Source: Candidatus Omnitrophota bacterium (lineage in GTDB: Bacteria; Omnitrophota; Gorgyraeia; JABMRN01; RBG-13-46-9). Taken from it: 64,000 bases of DNA. The stretch covers positions 1-64,000 of the forward strand of contig JABMQJ010000001.1 in the NCBI GenBank assembly GCA_013203315.1. Direction: 5' to 3'. Below, piece after piece: positions 1-10,001 of the stretch. The notes below the pieces were generated by a model. That model was not told the origin of the DNA and searched no databases. It saw only the letters and a program-made list of their open reading frames with translations. Position 1 is the stretch's first letter, and each line of letters begins with the position of its first letter. A program made the position numbers and the translations under genes.

Positions 1-1221
1 AGAAGCCATTTCCGCTTTTAAAGTGGCCGCGACCTCTTCTTTTTTGGACTGCTCAAGCAAACTTAGTTTGCTTTTAAGACTTGCTATTGTGTCATCTTTG
101 GATTCTCTGAGTGTTTCAATTTGGTCATTTAACTTTACAATTTCATCTTTCTTGGATTTTTCTAAGTTTACAAGTTCGAGCTCAAGAGATTTTACGGTTT
201 CCTTAATTTGTTCACGCTCTTTTATGCGTCTGTCCGATCCCTCAAGCAGGGTTTCATGGAACGCTTTGGATTCCTCAAGCTCTCTAATATTTTGCTCAAG
301 AATGCTCTCCCTACCTTTTAAAGAATTCATTTCCGTTTTTAAAGTGGCTTCGATTTCTGATTTTTTGGACCGTGACATGGCCAGCTCCCTTTTGAGTTCG
401 GCAAGATCATCCTTGTATTTTCTGTAGGCCTTTGATTGTTTAATTTCTTTCTGAAGTGCCGCTTTTTGGGATTCTTTAGCCTCTTCCAGTTCTTCGATTT
501 GCGCCTCCAGCTCCTTCTCTCTATCTTTTGAATAAGCGATCTCGGCATTTAAAGTAGTTTCTATTTTCGATTTTTCAGCCTGTAACGAAGCCACCTTTTC
601 ATCAAGCCTTGCAGCAGCCGCAACATCTCTCTGGAGCCCCTCTGAGCGCTTTAGTTCTTTTTCAAGAGCATCTCCCGCGGTTCTTCTGGCCCTCTCAAGC
701 TCTTTTATTTTTTCTTCCAATCCGCTTCCTTTTGCTTTCAAAGAAGCGATCTCGGCGCTTAAGTCGGACTCCGTCTTTGATTTTTGGGCTTGTAATGAGG
801 TCAATTTTTTCTCGAGTGTGGCAGCAGCTTTCTTGGTATCCCTTATCTCTTTGGAGGGAGGAATGCTTTCACGCTTTGGCTGTCTGGACTTTTTACGCGA
901 TAGGCCAATCTTCACCGAATCTCCGGTCTCAATCTCCGTAATTTTATTTACAATTGAGACCTCCGACATTTCTTCCATTGTTGTCTTTACGGAGCCGGTG
1001 GCTATGGGTTCGGAGCCCCTATAAACCTCTACAATATCTCCTTCTTTGGCCTCTTTTTGTCCTAAATTTATAAAGATAAAATCTTCCGCACTGTTTACAT
1101 AAAGAATGGTGCCTTCTTTTTCCCGCGCTTGGAGTTTTCCGAAAAATTCGCCCGACGCGGCAATAATAGATAGGGATATTGCTAAAATTGTAAAAATACG
1201 GATTATTTTATTTTTTTTCAC
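1..1221 (-). CDS. Secreted/anchored coiled-coil protein with N-terminal small beta-rich domain (partial, runs off left edge)
   Basis: Read by hand: GTG at 1221 gives MKKNKIIRIFTILAISLSIIAASGEFFGKLQAREKEGTILYVNSAEDFIFINLG..., then E/K/L-rich coiled coil; missing from the ORF track, consistent with no stop inside the window. Confidence 0.75.
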   Translation of the reverse strand, partial: MKKNKIIRIFTILAISLSIIAASGEFFGKLQAREKEGTILYVNSAEDFIFINLGQKEAKEGDIVEVYRGSEPIATGSVKTTMEEMSEVSIVNKITEIETGDSVKIGLSRKKSRQPKRESIPPSKEIRDTKKAAATLEKKLTSLQAQKSKTESDLSAEIASLKAKGSGLEEKIKELERARRTAGDALEKELKRSEGLQRDVAAAARLDEKVASLQAEKSKIETTLNAEIAYSKDREKELEAQIEELEEAKESQKAALQKEIKQSKAYRKYKDDLAELKRELAMSRSKKSEIEATLKTEMNSLKGRESILEQNIRELEESKAFHETLLEGSDRRIKEREQIKETVKSLELELVNLEKSKKDEIVKLNDQIETLRESKDDTIASLKSKLSLLEQSKKEEVAATLKAEMAS

Positions 1222-1248
1222 CGTTAAAAACCTGGCCGCCTTCTGCCT

Positions 1249-2064
1249 CTATTTCTTAATTAAAACTTTGTACCCTTTTTTTACCTTGCGAATATTATAG
1301 CCGCTTTCCATTTCATCAACGAATGCAGCTGATACCCTGTAGCGCAAATTGATGATTCTGGCCTCTGCGATTGCTTTATCATCTTTTAGGATTATACAAC
1401 GGTCCTCTTCTCTTACATTATCGTTTAGCCCTAAATTAATAACTATAAGATTAAACCTTCTGTCAACAGATAGGATTTTGCCCTGTTTACCCGCCAGAAA
1501 AGAAAGCTGTTCTTCTGCAACCTTTTCTCGTTCCAGCTTCATATTCGCCTCTATCGTCTTCTTTTCGATTTTCTTTGGTTCCGGTATGACTTCTTCATCT
1601 TTTGTTGCTACAACGATTGGTTCTAATTCAACATTCCTACCGCTTCTTACAAGTACTATGTTATACAAAACTTTTTCCAAAAATTTCCTTACTTTTCTGT
1701 TTCGCTCGGTATTTATGGCGTCTCTTAAATGCTCTATAAGGGGCCTCTCTTCCAGCTGCGCTATCTTCTCTGCTAACACCATGTTTTCTTCTTTTAAGGC
1801 CTCAAATTCTACGGAATATTCATGTTTCAGCTTCTGGTTCTCTTCTTCGAGAAGCGTCAACATTGCTGCTTTTTCCATGATCTCTTCCCGCACATCCGTG
1901 AGATCATCCTTCAGGCCGATATTTTCTCTTACGAGCGTTTCCTCCTTGTTTTTAAAATCAGATTCCACTTCTTTTAGGTGATAATATATAGCACCGGCTA
2001 AGATTATGCTAAAAATAGTTATAGACAGCAACATCGCCACTAAAAGGGTTTTTTTGCTATGCAT
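1249..2064 (-). CDS. Membrane-anchored coiled-coil protein with C-terminal beta-rich domain
   Basis: N-terminal TM helix, heptad E/K/L region, C-terminal GKILSVDRRFNLIVINLG motif. Confidence 0.75.
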   Translation of the reverse strand: MHSKKTLLVAMLLSITIFSIILAGAIYYHLKEVESDFKNKEETLVRENIGLKDDLTDVREEIMEKAAMLTLLEEENQKLKHEYSVEFEALKEENMVLAEKIAQLEERPLIEHLRDAINTERNRKVRKFLEKVLYNIVLVRSGRNVELEPIVVATKDEEVIPEPKKIEKKTIEANMKLEREKVAEEQLSFLAGKQGKILSVDRRFNLIVINLGLNDNVREEDRCIILKDDKAIAEARIINLRYRVSAAFVDEMESGYNIRKVKKGYKVLIKK

Positions 2065-2269
2065 ATAGCGCTATTTCCTTCTCCAATAAAAGTTTAAATT
2101 TTGTGAATTGAGTAAGTAGGGACAGGCAGTCTATGGTCTTAAGATGACTTTGAAAGGTACGTTCCATCATACTGTCCCAAGTTTAACATATGGTCATACA
2201 AAAATCAAGATTATTTACAGTTATATTACTATTATTTTACGCTATGCTATTGCCCCAAGACAGGTTACG

Positions 2270-3007
2270 CTACTTTAGAATTATCTTAGCCAATATCATG
2301 AAAAGAAGCCCTAAAATAAAGGTCCCAAAGGCGATATTAGCCTTTTTGGTGTCTTTTTGCCTGTGAAGTTCCGGTATTAAGTCCGAGGCGGCGATATAAA
2401 TAAAACCACCTGCCGTAAAAGAGATAAGAAATACGGGCACTCCACTTGCGATATTGGAGAGCGCATATCCTATCAAGGCGCCCAGAATTGCGGCAAGCGC
2501 ACATAAGAAATTGCATAAAAGTGCCCGAAATTTACTGAATCCGCCGTAAACAAGGATGCCAAAATCCCCTATTTCCTGAGGAACCTCGTGAAAAATAACG
2601 GCAAGCGTCGTGACTATGCCCAGCCTTACGTCCGTTACAAAACTGGCGGCAATGATAAGGCCGTCCGTAAAGTTGTGTATTCCGTCGCCAATCAGGTTAA
2701 GGTAGGTGAAGATGTGCACGTCACAAACACCGTTGTGGCAATGCCTCCAATGAAGATATCTTTCCATTAAAAAGAATGCACTAAATCCGATAAGGGTGTA
2801 TAAGAAAATGTTGGCGGGTTTGCCGAGTTCAAGCGCCTCGGGTAGGAGGTGCAAAAAAGCGCCGCCCATTAATCCGCCTGCGGCAAATCCTACGATTAAA
2901 ATTAATGCCTTATCGAAAATTTTTGATTTTATTCCGAACGTAAATATACCTACGAGTGAAATGAGGCTGACAAGTACGGTCGCGGATAAAATCCAGATAA
3001 GTGTCAC
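2270..3007 (-). CDS. ZIP family metal transporter
   Basis: GDGIHNFTDG and HEVPQEIGD motifs, His-rich loop HWRHCH. Confidence 0.92.
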   Translation of the reverse strand: MTLIWILSATVLVSLISLVGIFTFGIKSKIFDKALILIVGFAAGGLMGGAFLHLLPEALELGKPANIFLYTLIGFSAFFLMERYLHWRHCHNGVCDVHIFTYLNLIGDGIHNFTDGLIIAASFVTDVRLGIVTTLAVIFHEVPQEIGDFGILVYGGFSKFRALLCNFLCALAAILGALIGYALSNIASGVPVFLISFTAGGFIYIAASDLIPELHRQKDTKKANIAFGTFILGLLFMILAKIILK

Positions 3008-3038
3008 TTTATTTTAACCCTTTATTTTTAAAACGTTC

Positions 3039-4358
3039 CTATACGGTAGCGGCTATTATGGCAGCGCCCTTGCCTGAACCGTCTTTTGTTAACTTAAGTT
3101 TTATTTTTGACGCTTTCTTTTTAAAAATTTCGATAAGGGCTGACTTTATCTTTTTTGAAAAACCGCTGTGTTTTTCATACACCGAGCCGTCTACGGCAAT
3201 GGTATGTTTTCCGGAAAGATGCGGGTCTATTTTCGTAATTACAGCTGCCATCGCCGAGGCGCTTATGCGCGCCGCCCGCCGGGACACTATCGCGCATACG
3301 CGTTGCAGGAGCTTCCTATCTGCGTATGTCGAATTTTTTATGCCTACTTTCTTTAAGAGGGTGTTTGTGCGGGATAGTTTTCCAGACGTGTCGCTTTCAA
3401 TCGCTGAGGCGTATTCCGATTTGAAGTTTTTTGATTTGCAAAAGATGTATTTTTTCTGTCCGTTGAAAAGAATTTCTTGCTCTATCAAGCTATTTGCTAC
3501 AAGCCCGGCAAGCTTGCCCAGGTACATGCCTGAAACCATTTTTTCTAAAATTTGTTCGCCGGGATTTGCGGAGGCGCTGTCCAGTTGTTTATCATAAGCG
3601 GTAAGACAAAGCTTATCAAAGTTTCCCCATTCTATATTGATGACCATTTCACCCGAAGAGGTCCTGCCGCCCTTCCACTTGGTGATGTTTTTGATCTTTT
3701 CACAGTAACAGGCGTTGGTGCCGGTTCCCAATATTACGCCCATATCGCAATTTGGATCTTTATAGCTCCTGGTGACAAATGTGCCGACAGTGTCGTTTAC
3801 GATAGCCACGACTTTTGTATTACTTACGCCTTTTCTCGCGAGAGCACTGTTGAGTAGCCGAACAACGTCTTTTCCTTCGACGCCTTTTGCCTTGAACCCT
3901 TTGGTCCAGCGAATAAGCAGACCTGAGGCAATATTCTTTTTTTTCGTGGGGAACGAAAATGTAAAACCTACGTTATATTTTTCGCCGGCGCCTAACTTTT
4001 GCTCGGCTATGAATGCTTTAATGCATTCTGCGATAAAATCAAAGAGCTTGCTCCCTGATCCTTTAATGAGTTCTTTTTTTAGAATGAATTTTTTCGATAG
4101 AGGCGCCTCGGTTTTTCTTCCGCTTTTTAACCGAAGCGATAGGACGCGGAAATGAGTTCCGCCAAGATCGAGGGCGAGAAATTCGCCCTTTTCTTTACCG
4201 CTAGGCCTTTCTACATATTCAGGAATCATTTTTAAAGAGCTTTTACTACCAGCGAGCCCTTTTTTCATTTCGGAGTGAAAATCTTTTATGATTCTTTGCA
4301 TCTCCGACGAAGAAAGCTCGAAGGCGCTTTCAATGTACTTAAATCCTACTCTCTGCAA
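3039..4358 (-). CDS. Hexokinase (eukaryote-like family)
   Basis: ALDLGGT, GFTFSFP, WTKGF, VNDTVGT, ILGTGTNACY, EKMVSGMYLG, DGSGKGAA motifs. Confidence 0.92.
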   Translation of the reverse strand: MQRVGFKYIESAFELSSSEMQRIIKDFHSEMKKGLAGSKSSLKMIPEYVERPSGKEKGEFLALDLGGTHFRVLSLRLKSGRKTEAPLSKKFILKKELIKGSGSKLFDFIAECIKAFIAEQKLGAGEKYNVGFTFSFPTKKKNIASGLLIRWTKGFKAKGVEGKDVVRLLNSALARKGVSNTKVVAIVNDTVGTFVTRSYKDPNCDMGVILGTGTNACYCEKIKNITKWKGGRTSSGEMVINIEWGNFDKLCLTAYDKQLDSASANPGEQILEKMVSGMYLGKLAGLVANSLIEQEILFNGQKKYIFCKSKNFKSEYASAIESDTSGKLSRTNTLLKKVGIKNSTYADRKLLQRVCAIVSRRAARISASAMAAVITKIDPHLSGKHTIAVDGSVYEKHSGFSKKIKSALIEIFKKKASKIKLKLTKDGSGKGAAIIAATV

Positions 4359-4367
4359 TGGGTTCCC

Positions 4368-5816
4368 CTATTTTACGGTCGTCCCCGAGGCCATCATTTT
4401 GCCGGGACAACTTTTTTTCGGGCATTCGCCGGTCCAGCAATACAAGCAAAGTTTTTCTTTAGGAAGTCCGACGGCTTTAACCATATCATCTACTGTTTGA
4501 TATCTAAGCGTTGTAACCTCCAGATCTTTGGCGATCCATTCAATCATCTTTTTATATTTTTTAGAATTGTGGTCAGTGTATTCGGATACGTCTTCGAGAT
4601 CCTTGCCTTCCAAAGCGCGAATGGCTTTTCGGGCAGCGAGTTCGTCTATGCTTCTTGTGGATAAATTGAATATGCAAGGAAACATAAGCGGCGGGCAGGC
4701 AGGCCTTACGTGAATTTCTTTGGCCTCGGCATCCCATAATTTCTTTACAGTAAAATTCTTAAGCTGCGTACCCCTTACTATGGAATCCTCGCACACGACT
4801 ATTCTGTTTCCCTGTATTATCTCCTTTACAGGCACAAGTTTCATTCTTGCTATTAAATCGCGTGTTTCCTGGGAAGGTGGCGTATAACTCCTGCCGTAAC
4901 CGGGCGTGTATTTTACCAGTGGCCTTCTGTACGGTTTTTTTGATTCCTTGGCGTATCCTATCGCGTGAGCAACTCCTGAATCGGGAACGCCTGATACAAC
5001 GTCTACGTTTATGTCCTTGTCTTTTTTCGCCAGAAAAGCGCCGGATCTTTCCCTTACCATCTCAGTATTTATCCCCTCGTAGTTCGAGGCGGGAAAACCT
5101 GTGTATATCCAAAGGAACGTACAGATCTGGCTTGTATCTCCGCCCGGCTTTTTCTGTGCCATGCCATTTTCGTTAATAAGGGCAATTTCTCCGGGTTCGA
5201 GGTGCTTTACTATCTCAAACTCGTTGTTAGGAAAAGCGCATGTCTCTGAAGTTATCGCCCACGCATCTTCTCTCTTTCCTACTATAAGAGGCGTGTATCC
5301 GAATTTGTCTCGCGCAGCGTAAATTCCGTCCTTATTTAAGATTAAGAGCGAGCATGAACCCTCTATGGCATCGAACATTCGCTCTATTCCGTCTATAAGA
5401 GTTGTGCCCTGGCCGATTAATTTTGCGATAAGTTCGGTTTCGTTAAAAGCACCTCTTGTCATTTCACTGAACGATACGCCTTCATTCAATAACTCTTTCA
5501 TTAACGCTTCGCCGTTTTCTATTAAACCGTTTGTAACTATGCAAAACGGCCCGAATTTCGAATTCAGGTATATCGGCTGTTCCGAAAAAGCGCTTATGAC
5601 ACCGATTCCTTTGTTGCCTTTCATTTTGTGGTAATCTTCGTAGAACTTTGATTTAAACTGGCTCTGGCTTATATCATGTATTTGGCGTACAAAATCTTTC
5701 CCGAGAACAGCCATGCCACCGAACTCCGTGCCCAGATGTGAATGATAGTCTGTCCCGTAAAAAAGTGTCTGCGCGCAATCGCCCTTTTTTGTAACCGCTC
5801 CAAAAATTCCACTCAT
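4368..5816 (-). CDS. purF: Amidophosphoribosyltransferase-like protein (Ntn + PRTase), N-terminal Ser instead of Cys
   Basis: GVPDSG, VCEDSIVRGTQ PRPP loop, Fe-S Cys (CLYC); starts MSGIFG. Confidence 0.85.
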   Translation of the reverse strand: MSGIFGAVTKKGDCAQTLFYGTDYHSHLGTEFGGMAVLGKDFVRQIHDISQSQFKSKFYEDYHKMKGNKGIGVISAFSEQPIYLNSKFGPFCIVTNGLIENGEALMKELLNEGVSFSEMTRGAFNETELIAKLIGQGTTLIDGIERMFDAIEGSCSLLILNKDGIYAARDKFGYTPLIVGKREDAWAITSETCAFPNNEFEIVKHLEPGEIALINENGMAQKKPGGDTSQICTFLWIYTGFPASNYEGINTEMVRERSGAFLAKKDKDINVDVVSGVPDSGVAHAIGYAKESKKPYRRPLVKYTPGYGRSYTPPSQETRDLIARMKLVPVKEIIQGNRIVVCEDSIVRGTQLKNFTVKKLWDAEAKEIHVRPACPPLMFPCIFNLSTRSIDELAARKAIRALEGKDLEDVSEYTDHNSKKYKKMIEWIAKDLEVTTLRYQTVDDMVKAVGLPKEKLCLYCWTGECPKKSCPGKMMASGTTVK

Positions 5817-6550
5817 CTTAACCCCTCATTGTTGCGACGAAAAATTGGCGCACACACCCTTTTGTGTGCCGAATTTTCCATCATTTTCTTTACTTTACTT
5901 AACGTTGCTTTATCTATATCTTTTATCTTTTTTTCTTCGATAGCGGCAATGGCCTTATCGAGCTCTTCGTAAGTAACGCCTATTTCTCCCTCGTCTGTCT
6001 GACCTTCCCATAGTCCGGCTGACGGTGGGCGTTTTATTATTTCCGACGGCACTCTCAGTTCAGCGGCTAGTTTTTTCACTTCGGTTTTGAGTAGTCCGCC
6101 TATCGGTAAAATGTCGGATCCTCCGTCACCGTATTTAGTAAAATATCCGATCAATAACTCACTCTTATTGCCTGTTCCGGCTACCAGATAATCCAGCGTA
6201 TTCGCATAATAATACAATGCCAGCATGCGCAAGCGTGGTTTAAGATTCGCTTTTGCGAGATCTTTTGCTTCGGGGTCAATCTTAACGACTTCCTCGTACA
6301 GGGTATCAAGGGTTACTGCTTTGGTTTTAATATTGAATTGCTTGGCTGTTTTTAAAGCTAGCTCTGCATCCAGGGAATTGCTTTTGCACGGAAGAATGAG
6401 CCCTAAAACATTATCACCCAATGCCAGCTTAGATAGAGCCGCTACGCAAGCAGAGTCGATACCACCGCTTAATCCAAGCACAATACCTTTTTTCCCGGCG
6501 TTTTTAACCTGCTTTTTTATCCAGGCTGCTATTTCATCGGAAAGTTTCAT
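5813..6550 (-). CDS. nadE: NH3-dependent NAD+ synthetase
   Basis: GLSGGIDS, NLKPRLRM, GYFTKYGDG, PSAGLWEGQTDE; no glutaminase domain. Confidence 0.95.
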   Translation of the reverse strand: MKLSDEIAAWIKKQVKNAGKKGIVLGLSGGIDSACVAALSKLALGDNVLGLILPCKSNSLDAELALKTAKQFNIKTKAVTLDTLYEEVVKIDPEAKDLAKANLKPRLRMLALYYYANTLDYLVAGTGNKSELLIGYFTKYGDGGSDILPIGGLLKTEVKKLAAELRVPSEIIKRPPSAGLWEGQTDEGEIGVTYEELDKAIAAIEEKKIKDIDKATLSKVKKMMENSAHKRVCAPIFRRNNEGLR

Positions 6551-6584
6551 TTTGAGTTCCTTAAATTTTTCAATCAGTAAACTG

Positions 6585-7295
6585 TTATAATCCTAAAAAT
6601 TGTATAGCCATTCCCGAAAGGCATATTGTCGCGCCGGCCATAGCGTGACTATAGCGTTCGAGCCGGCCTAACGGAACAAGCTTTACGCCTAAAGAAGTTA
6701 CCGTAACAATGCCGAGCATGGTTATTATTGTCACCGAACCAAACACGCCCGTTACAAGCAAAAGGCCCACGATGCTTCTTTTGGCTGCCGGATACATGAG
6801 AATCGGTATTAGCGGTTCACAGGGGCCAAGGATAAAAATTGTAAATAAAACCCATGGCGTAATGTTTCTTTTGCCTTTAGTGTGAACATGCGCGTGTTCG
6901 CTTGTATGAACGTGTTCATGCGAATGATGGCCTTCGTCTTCGTGAGGATGGGCGTGGCGATGCGGTTTATTCCTTATCGCCCTTCGTAATCCCCAGATAA
7001 AATAAACAAGACCAAACCCGATTAATGCCCATGCCGCAATGTTTCCCCTGAAGGCTTCAAACGCTTCTAACTTCATAACGGCAATACCAAAAAGAATGCC
7101 TATAAATCCGAGGAGGACCGAGCTCAAAATGTGACCTATGCCGCAGAGAAATGTTATGAAATTTGTTTTTGCAAGACTCCAACCCCGAGCCTTACTCATT
7201 ACGACAAACGGCAGGTAATGATCGGGCCCAAAAAGTGTGTGGAGAAAGCCAATCGAGGCGGCAGTAAGGCATAAGACTGTTATTTCTTTACTCAT
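6585..7295 (-). CDS. His-rich membrane protein, Ni/Co transporter-like (UreH/NicO/TauE-related)
   Basis: HTLFGPDHYLP, His-rich loop, GPCEPLIP, several TM helices. Confidence 0.75.
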   Translation of the reverse strand: MSKEITVLCLTAASIGFLHTLFGPDHYLPFVVMSKARGWSLAKTNFITFLCGIGHILSSVLLGFIGILFGIAVMKLEAFEAFRGNIAAWALIGFGLVYFIWGLRRAIRNKPHRHAHPHEDEGHHSHEHVHTSEHAHVHTKGKRNITPWVLFTIFILGPCEPLIPILMYPAAKRSIVGLLLVTGVFGSVTIITMLGIVTVTSLGVKLVPLGRLERYSHAMAGATICLSGMAIQFLGL

Positions 7296-7414
7296 TTAGT
7301 TATTTTTTTTATCTTTTTTATAAAATTCGCAATTACTTTTTTCAAAACCCATCTTTTTATTTTCTTTTGAACCTTAAATCTTCTTCTGCAGATCTTGTTG
7401 GCAATTAATTTCAC
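7292..7414 (-). CDS. Possible 40-aa basic peptide
   Basis: GTG start after AGGA; ATGA overlap with the start of the next gene; MKLIANKICRRRFKVQKKIKRWVLKKVIANFIKKIKKITK. Confidence 0.3.
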   Translation of the reverse strand: MKLIANKICRRRFKVQKKIKRWVLKKVIANFIKKIKKITK

Positions 7415-7420
7415 TGGATC

Positions 7421-7693
7421 CTAACTGAAGTTATAGTGTTTTCTAACAGGCTCTTTTATATCCCAGACGCAGGCCAGGCCCTTGGGAAAGGTAACAAAAT
7501 CGCCCTCGCCAAAGCTTGTGCTCTTTCCGTCTTTGGTCCGAACGGTGACTTTTCCTTTAAGGATATAGCACATCTCTTGGGAATCATAATGCCAGTCAAA
7601 GCGCGAAACTTCTTTTTCCCATATTGGCCATGAATTAATGCCCTTCTCTTTCAGATCCTTTTCTGACATCCTCTCAACTTTTATGCCTGCCAT
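7421..7693 (-). CDS. Cupin domain protein (Cupin_3/DUF861)
   Basis: WPIWEKEVSRFDWHY..E.CYILKG...GDFVTFPKG..C.WDI. Confidence 0.9.
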   Translation of the reverse strand: MAGIKVERMSEKDLKEKGINSWPIWEKEVSRFDWHYDSQEMCYILKGKVTVRTKDGKSTSFGEGDFVTFPKGLACVWDIKEPVRKHYNFS

Positions 7694-7785
7694 AACTTTT
7701 CCTCCCTATTCGGTATTATTATCTCTTATACGTAAGATTATACTCCAAAAGGAGGTAAATCCCAAGTAAAATCTGGCTAGAATGG

Positions 7786-8775
7786 CTAGCAAATGCGGGG
7801 GAGTTGGTCGGATTCGAGGGTTTGGAGAATGCGGCTTGAGCCGATTTTGGTATTTAAATGGACTGATTTTTTGTGCCCGGATACAACCTGTCCTATCACG
7901 CGGGCGCTCCCGCCTAAGGCTCGCCTTACTTTTTGCGCGTCTTTTGCGCTTACGAAAGAGATGAATTTTCCTTCATTGGCGACATAAAGTGGGTCAAATC
8001 CCAGTATGTCACACATCTTTTTTACACTTGGCCTTATCGGGATTTTATCCTCATGGATCTCTATGCCAAGATTCGAAGAATCGGCTATCTCGTTTAATGT
8101 CGTTGCAAGCCCTCCCCTTGTCGGATCGCGCAGGACACTTATATTTCTAGATGCTCTTAGGCATTTTCTTACTTCAAAATTGAGATTACGGCAGTCGCTT
8201 TTTATGTTGGACACGAATCCGAATTTTTCTCTCGCATTTAGAATGGCCATTCCGTGTTCCGCTATCGGGCCGTTTATTATAATCGCATCCCCTGCCTTTG
8301 CCTTTGCGCCGATATGCCTTCCGGAATGATCTATAACGCCAATACCTGAGGTATTTATAAATATTTTATCCGCTGCGCCTTTCTCAACAACTTTTATGTC
8401 GCCTGTAACAACCAGGACTTTTGCTTTTTTGGCGGCTTCTTTTATGGATTGCGTTATTTTATCCAAAACAGATATCGGAAGGCCCTCTTCAATGATAAAG
8501 GCTAAAGATATAAAAAGCGGTGTCGCGCCCTTCATGGAAATATCATTCACGGTACCGCAAACAGCAAGTTTACCGATATCTCCGCCGGGGAAAAACAATG
8601 GTTTTATGACATAAGAGTCCGTGCTAAATGCGAGGCTCTTTTTACTAACCTCAAGTTCTGCGGCATCCGCCATTTCGTCTAAAATTTTGTTGGAAAATTT
8701 AAGGCAGAGCCTTTTTATCAGCTCGTGCATCAATCTTCCGCCGTTACCGTGTGCTAATGTTATTTTATCTTTCAT
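7786..8775 (-). CDS. hypE: Hydrogenase maturation protein HypE
   Basis: LAHGNGG, FFPGGDIGKLAVCGTVND, RDPTRGG, C-terminal PRIC. Confidence 0.97.
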   Translation of the reverse strand: MKDKITLAHGNGGRLMHELIKRLCLKFSNKILDEMADAAELEVSKKSLAFSTDSYVIKPLFFPGGDIGKLAVCGTVNDISMKGATPLFISLAFIIEEGLPISVLDKITQSIKEAAKKAKVLVVTGDIKVVEKGAADKIFINTSGIGVIDHSGRHIGAKAKAGDAIIINGPIAEHGMAILNAREKFGFVSNIKSDCRNLNFEVRKCLRASRNISVLRDPTRGGLATTLNEIADSSNLGIEIHEDKIPIRPSVKKMCDILGFDPLYVANEGKFISFVSAKDAQKVRRALGGSARVIGQVVSGHKKSVHLNTKIGSSRILQTLESDQLPRIC

Positions 8776-9781
8776 ATTTGTAATATGCTGCGCAGCTTCC
8801 TTCTGATGAAACCATGCATGGCCCGATGGGCTTGGAGGGGGTACATGCGGTTCCGAGCATCTTGCAGTCCCGGGGAGCTTTCAGCCCTTGCAGGACTTCG
8901 CCGCAAATGCAGCCGCGTATTTTTTTGTGTTTTGCGATTTTTATCCTGAATTCTTTTTCCGCATCAAAGTGTTGAAATTTATCTTTGAATTTAAGCCCGC
9001 TTTTCGGAATTACCCCTAACCCGCGCCACTCGGTATCCTCTACTTTAAAAACAGTACCTAATATATCTTGCGCGGTTTTATTGCCTTTTCTATTTACGGC
9101 CCTTTTATATTCTATTTCAGCTTTACTTTCATGGGATTTTATTTGTTTAATTAAACTCTTGATGCCTTTTATAATATCCGCTGCCTCAAAGCCCATTATG
9201 ACGCAGGGTTTTTTGTAACGAGTAGCTATCCTTTCATAAGGGGCGCTTCCCGTTATAACGCTTACGTGCCCGGGGCATATAAAACCGTCGATATTAAGCT
9301 TTTTTGATTCTGAAATCGCTCGAAGCGCAGGGAAAACAAGTTTAAAATTTGCGAGCACAAAGAAATTCCGGATTTTTTCTTCTTTCGCCCGGAGCACCGT
9401 GGCAGCTATCGTAGGTGAGGTCGTCTCAAAACCGACGCCCATGAATACTACTTTCTTTTTTGGATTTTTTTTCGCGATAGAGAGCGCGTCAAGAGGTGAA
9501 TAAAGCACCCGGACATCATGGCCCTTTGCTTTCATTTCCGAGAGGCTGCCGCTGGCTCCCGGAACGCGCATCATGTCCCCGAACGTGGTCATGATAACAT
9601 CGTTCATGCGGCATATCTCTATAGCTCTATCGATATCGGTTTCTGAGGTTACGCATACCGGGCAACCCGGGCCCGATATAAGCTCTACATCTTCGGGTAA
9701 AAGCTTTTTTATGCCGAACCGCGCGATCGCCATCGTGTGCGTCCCGCAGACTTCCATTAACTTTATCTTAGAGCGTTTCAT
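8765..9781 (-). CDS. hypD: Hydrogenase maturation protein HypD
   Basis: MEVCGTHT, GPGCPVC, GFETT, PGHV, GPCMVSSEGSC. Confidence 0.97.
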   Translation of the reverse strand: MKRSKIKLMEVCGTHTMAIARFGIKKLLPEDVELISGPGCPVCVTSETDIDRAIEICRMNDVIMTTFGDMMRVPGASGSLSEMKAKGHDVRVLYSPLDALSIAKKNPKKKVVFMGVGFETTSPTIAATVLRAKEEKIRNFFVLANFKLVFPALRAISESKKLNIDGFICPGHVSVITGSAPYERIATRYKKPCVIMGFEAADIIKGIKSLIKQIKSHESKAEIEYKRAVNRKGNKTAQDILGTVFKVEDTEWRGLGVIPKSGLKFKDKFQHFDAEKEFRIKIAKHKKIRGCICGEVLQGLKAPRDCKMLGTACTPSKPIGPCMVSSEGSCAAYYKYER

Positions 9782-10001
9782 CCTTCGAAACCTCTCTTAG
9801 CTCTTTTAGCGCGTTTATTGTATCTTCAGCGTCTCCCTTGCTTATCTTCCCTATCGCAAAGCCGGTGTGAATGAGGACATAATCCCCCACCTTTACGCCG
9901 CTTAAGATCCCCAGTGAAATTCTTTTTTGAACTCCGCCGAAATCAACTAAGGCTTCTTTCTTTTCGATCTTTTTAATTTTTGCAGGGATTGCAAGACACA
10001 T
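9768..10001 (-). CDS. hypC: Hydrogenase chaperone HypC
   Basis: MCLAIPAK...GDYVLIHTGFAI. Confidence 0.97.
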   Translation of the reverse strand: MCLAIPAKIKKIEKKEALVDFGGVQKRISLGILSGVKVGDYVLIHTGFAIGKISKGDAEDTINALKELREVSKDETL

